Below, one piece after another: positions 60,874-64,000 of a stretch of DNA of 64,000 nt. Location: assembly GCA_020850945.1 (NCBI GenBank), contig JADZDR010000008.1, positions 29,776-93,775 of the forward strand, written 5' to 3'. Within the stretch, counting starts at the first letter, position 1, and each line of letters begins with the position of its first letter. Under the pieces are notes generated by a model. That model ran no database searches, was not told the DNA's origin, and saw only the letters and a list, made by a program, of their open reading frames with translations. The translations under genes were made by a program, and so were the position numbers. The DNA is from Acidimicrobiia bacterium (GTDB taxonomy: Bacteria > Actinomycetota > Acidimicrobiia > UBA2766).

Positions 60874-62544
60874 TCAGACCTCTACGACCAGCGGGAACAC
60901 GATGGGACGGCGCTCCGTCCGCTTGCGGGCGAAGCGGCTCAGCGCCTGACGCACATGCCGGTTCAGGGTCGTGAGGTCGAGGGCGTCCTCCTCGGCGGCG
61001 GCGTCGATCGACGCGATCACGTGCTCGATCGCCTCCTCGATGAACTTCTCCTCCTCCTCGGCCCGCAGGAAGCCCTTCGACATGATCTCGGGGCCACTCA
61101 CGACCTCGCCTGTCCTGCTGTCGACGCAGACGACACAGACGAGCGTGCCGTCGTCCGCGAGGCGGCGCCGCTCACGCAGAACACCACCGGTCACGTCGCC
61201 CACCCCGGCTCCGTCCACGTACACGTAGCCTGCCGGCGCCTCCGTGTCGGCGAAGTCGACGCCGTCGTCTCCGATCTCGAGCACGTCCCCGTCCTCGGCG
61301 ACGAGGATGCTGTCGTCGGGGATGCCGAGTCGCGTCGCGAGGCGCGAATGCACGACGAGATGGCGGTACTCGCCGTGGACCGGCACGAAGAACTCGGGGC
61401 GGACGAGGGCGAGCATGAGCTCGAGCTCGGGGGCGCCGGCGTGGCCCGACACGTGCACGTCGGCGACTCCGGCGTGCACCACCTCGGCGCCCGCCCGGAT
61501 CAGGCCGTCGATGGCGCGGTGAACGTTCATCTCGTTGCCGGGTATCGCCGTCGCCGAGATGATGACCGCATCCTGCTCGCCGACGGTGACCCACTTGTGC
61601 TCACCCGACGCCATGAGCGAGAGAGCCGCGAGCGGCTCACCCTGGGCGCCGGTGCAGAGGACACAGACGTCGCGGGGATCGAGCTTGGCGATCTCGGAGA
61701 TGTCGACGATGTCGTCGGCGGCCACGTCGAGGAGGCCCTTCTCCCGCGCGAGACGCGTGTTCGACTGCATCGAGCGGCCGAGGAAGGCGATGCGGCGGCC
61801 ACTCTCGACTGCGGCGTCGCAGATCTGCTGGACCCGGTGGAGATGGCTCGCGAAGCACGCACAGATGATGCGCTTCTCCTCGTGACGGTGGAAGAGGTCG
61901 GCCAGCCACTCGCCCACGAGGGACTCGGACCGCGTGAACTCGCGGTGCTCGGCGTTGGTCGAGTCGGAGAGGAGGAGTCGGACGCCTTCGGCACCGAGGG
62001 TGCCGAACCGCGGGAGGTCGGTGAGGCGGCCGTCGACGGGCGTCTGGTCGAGCTTGAAGTCGCCCGTGTGGACGATGACCCCCTGGGGTGTGCGGAATGC
62101 GAGCCCGACCGCGTGCGGAGTCGAGTGCGTGACGGCGATCGTCTCGAAGTCGAACGGCCCGACCTGCACACGGTCTCCGTCCGCGAAGACCCGCAGCTCG
62201 GCCCGGTCGGACACACCGGCCTCGTCGAGTTTGTTCGCGAGCAGGCCGAGCGTCAGATCCGTCCCGTAGATCGGTACAGGCGCGTACAGCTCCTTGAGGA
62301 GGAACGCGACACCACCGATGTGGTCCTCGTGCCCGTGCGTGAGGATCACCGCCTCGAGGTCGTCGGCCCGATCGAGGATCCAGCGCAGGTCGGGCAGGAC
62401 GAGATCCACCCCCGGCATGTCCTCCGTCGGGAACATGAGTCCGCAGTCGACGACGAGGAGGCGGCCCTCGACCTCGAGACAGAAGCAGTTGCGGCCTATC
62501 TCACCGAGACCGCCGAGGAACACGATGCGGACGGGTGCCGTCAC
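60874..62544 (-). CDS. rnj: ribonuclease J
   Basis: 556 aa with a metallo-beta-lactamase HxHxDH motif (THGHEDHIGG), beta-CASP and an RNase J C-terminal domain. Confidence 0.9.
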   Translation of the reverse strand: MTAPVRIVFLGGLGEIGRNCFCLEVEGRLLVVDCGLMFPTEDMPGVDLVLPDLRWILDRADDLEAVILTHGHEDHIGGVAFLLKELYAPVPIYGTDLTLGLLANKLDEAGVSDRAELRVFADGDRVQVGPFDFETIAVTHSTPHAVGLAFRTPQGVIVHTGDFKLDQTPVDGRLTDLPRFGTLGAEGVRLLLSDSTNAEHREFTRSESLVGEWLADLFHRHEEKRIICACFASHLHRVQQICDAAVESGRRIAFLGRSMQSNTRLAREKGLLDVAADDIVDISEIAKLDPRDVCVLCTGAQGEPLAALSLMASGEHKWVTVGEQDAVIISATAIPGNEMNVHRAIDGLIRAGAEVVHAGVADVHVSGHAGAPELELMLALVRPEFFVPVHGEYRHLVVHSRLATRLGIPDDSILVAEDGDVLEIGDDGVDFADTEAPAGYVYVDGAGVGDVTGGVLRERRRLADDGTLVCVVCVDSRTGEVVSGPEIMSKGFLRAEEEEKFIEEAIEHVIASIDAAAEEDALDLTTLNRHVRQALSRFARKRTERRPIVFPLVVEV

Positions 62545-63434
62545 GAGACCCCACGGTACCGGGAGACGACCGCCTGCAGTCGCGTGGCGAGGTCGGGCTC
62601 GATCGGGGCGAGCGGTGGGCGGGGCGGCCCGGCCGGGAGGCCGAGCATCTCGCAGGCCGCCTTCACGGGGATCGGCGACGAGTCCTCGAAGAGGATGCGG
62701 AAGAGGGGCAGGAGATCGTCATGTGTCTTGCGGGCCGACTCGACGTCGCCTGCCTTGTAGGCCCTGATCATCTCCGAGATCTGCACGCCTGCGACGTGCG
62801 ACGCGACGGAGATCACACCCCGTGCGCCGACGCTCAGGAAGGGCAGCGTCTGCGCGTCGTCACCCGAGTACACCTCGAACGCGTCGCCGCACACGGCCCG
62901 CACCGACCCCACGTGCACGCTCGATCCCGTCGCATCCTTCACACCGATGATGCGGGGGTGGGCGGCGAGGCGCTCGTACGTGTCGAGTTCGATCCCGCAA
63001 CCCGTGCGCCCCGGGATGTCGTAGAGGATCACGGGCAGGTCGGTCGCGTCCGCGATCGCCCTGAAATGGATCTCGAGTCCCCGCTGGGGCGGCCGGTTGT
63101 AGTACGGCGTGACGGCGAGGATCCCGTCGACGCCGATCTCGGTCGCTGCCGTCGTGAGGCGAACCGAGGCGGCCGTGTCGTAGCTCGACGTGCCGGCGAG
63201 GACCTTGCCCGCACCCGCACCCGCAGCCGCGTCGACGACCGCCCGGAACAGCTCGGCCTTCTCGTCGAAGGACAGGGTCGGGGACTCCCCGGTCGTCCCC
63301 GACGCGAGAACCGCGTCGGACCCCGACTCGAGGAGGGCACGGGCGAGACGGGCGGCGCCGTCGACGTCGAGCGACAGGTCCTCCCCGAACGGTGTGATCA
63401 TGGCGGTGACGACGTCACCGAACGTGCCTTCCAT
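62541..63434 (-). CDS. dapA: 4-hydroxy-tetrahydrodipicolinate synthase
   Basis: Starts MEGTFGDVVTAMITPF... with DapA motifs (GTTGES, the Schiff-base Lys region VKDATG). Its stop overlaps the rnj start (ATGA). Confidence 0.85.
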   Translation of the reverse strand: MEGTFGDVVTAMITPFGEDLSLDVDGAARLARALLESGSDAVLASGTTGESPTLSFDEKAELFRAVVDAAAGAGAGKVLAGTSSYDTAASVRLTTAATEIGVDGILAVTPYYNRPPQRGLEIHFRAIADATDLPVILYDIPGRTGCGIELDTYERLAAHPRIIGVKDATGSSVHVGSVRAVCGDAFEVYSGDDAQTLPFLSVGARGVISVASHVAGVQISEMIRAYKAGDVESARKTHDDLLPLFRILFEDSSPIPVKAACEMLGLPAGPPRPPLAPIEPDLATRLQAVVSRYRGVS

Positions 63435-63636
63435 GAGCGGCAGTCTATCTCCGCGCTCGAATCGGCACCCGCTACTCACTGCGACATCAACGGGAACCTG
63501 ACATCCTCGTCCTAAACCCAACGGGGGGTATGGCCGAAGCACAACAAGACAGAATCGCACACCGTCAACAGCAGTGCGATAGTCGCCTTGCGGCATCAGG
63601 AGCGGCTCGATCGTCTGCCCGAGCTGGGAACAAGAC

Positions 63637-64000
63637 TTGGCCGGGACTCCAAGACCCCTCGACAGGCTCCGGGCCCCTCCGGACAGAGCCTCGAAGACGA
63701 CAACCGCTCCGTCGCTCGACACCATCGCCGCGCTCGTCCTGCAGGCACGCGATGGCGACGAGCAATGCTTCGCCGACCTCTTCGCTCTGCTATTCGATCT
63801 CGTCTACTCCACGGCATATTGCGTGCTCGAGGACAGCGGGGAGGCCAGCGATGTCGTGCAAGAGGCATTCCTGGCTGCCTGGCAGAACCTTGCGAGTCTC
63901 GACGAGCCGAGAGCGTTCCGCAGCTGGCTCGTGCAGATCACCCGCAACCTCGCAATCGACCGTACCCGCAAACGCTCCTTCCGCGATCGAGCCATGGACG
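63637..64000 (+). CDS. ECF-type sigma-70 family RNA polymerase sigma factor (5' partial in window; start uncertain)
   Basis: Frame open from 63583 to the window end. Region 2 signatures (DGDEQCFADLF...VQEAFLAAWQNLASL...FRSWLVQITRNLAIDRTRKR). The first plausible in-frame start is TTG at 63637. Confidence 0.6.
   Translation, partial: MAGTPRPLDRLRAPPDRASKTTTAPSLDTIAALVLQARDGDEQCFADLFALLFDLVYSTAYCVLEDSGEASDVVQEAFLAAWQNLASLDEPRAFRSWLVQITRNLAIDRTRKRSFRDRAMD

Noticed and set aside
63435-63636. ECF-type promoter (GGAAC ... CGTT) or autoregulatory site upstream of the partial sigma-factor gene, plus a 7-bp inverted repeat ATCGCAC-N13-GTGCGAT
   Set aside because: GGAAC motifs are present but no properly spaced -10 CGTC/CGTT could be found. 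The inverted repeat is short and could be chance.

Overview
This is a high-GC (about 70%) actinobacterial-type chromosomal segment, densely coded and mostly core housekeeping rather than an obvious accessory island. Left to right it contains: the tail of an acyl-CoA dehydrogenase, a nitroreductase, a thiolase, a dual-PAS HD-GYP c-di-GMP phosphodiesterase and tRNA-Leu(TAG). Next come a frameshifted TAT-secreted DmfA2-like gene, the complete kdpFABC-kdpDE potassium uptake locus, an orphan CheB-like methylesterase, lemA, a CDF transporter, an ABC-2 exporter pair and a PAS-(degenerate GGDEF)-EAL protein. These are followed by alpha/beta hydrolases, SanA, a nitroreductase, a methyltransferase, DUF2252, a GerW/YtfJ-like gene with a small partner, sdhCAB, a flotillin-NfeD pair, a WS/DGAT acyltransferase and msrA-pcm. 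The right half shows classic actinobacterial synteny: dut, class II RNR nrdJ, a divergent lexA with three SOS boxes, then hflX-dapF-miaA-miaB, a SpoVS-like gene, recA, thpR-cinA-pgsA, an aldehyde dehydrogenase, corA, ftsK, rnj, dapA and the start of an ECF sigma factor. The most striking item is recA, which is 3.58 kb because it carries two in-frame inteins with homing-endonuclease domains at the two classical RecA intein sites. Several unexplained non-coding structures stand out: a 58-bp perfect palindrome in the nfeD/flotillin divergent promoter, a 26-bp perfect palindrome upstream of corA, and a 2 x 62-bp tandem repeat made of palindromic units between rnj and ftsK. There is also a probable SOS-regulated small membrane protein divergent from lexA. 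Three genes are disrupted by frameshifts, and all three lie at homopolymer or dinucleotide tracts. No CRISPR array, rRNA or transposase was seen.
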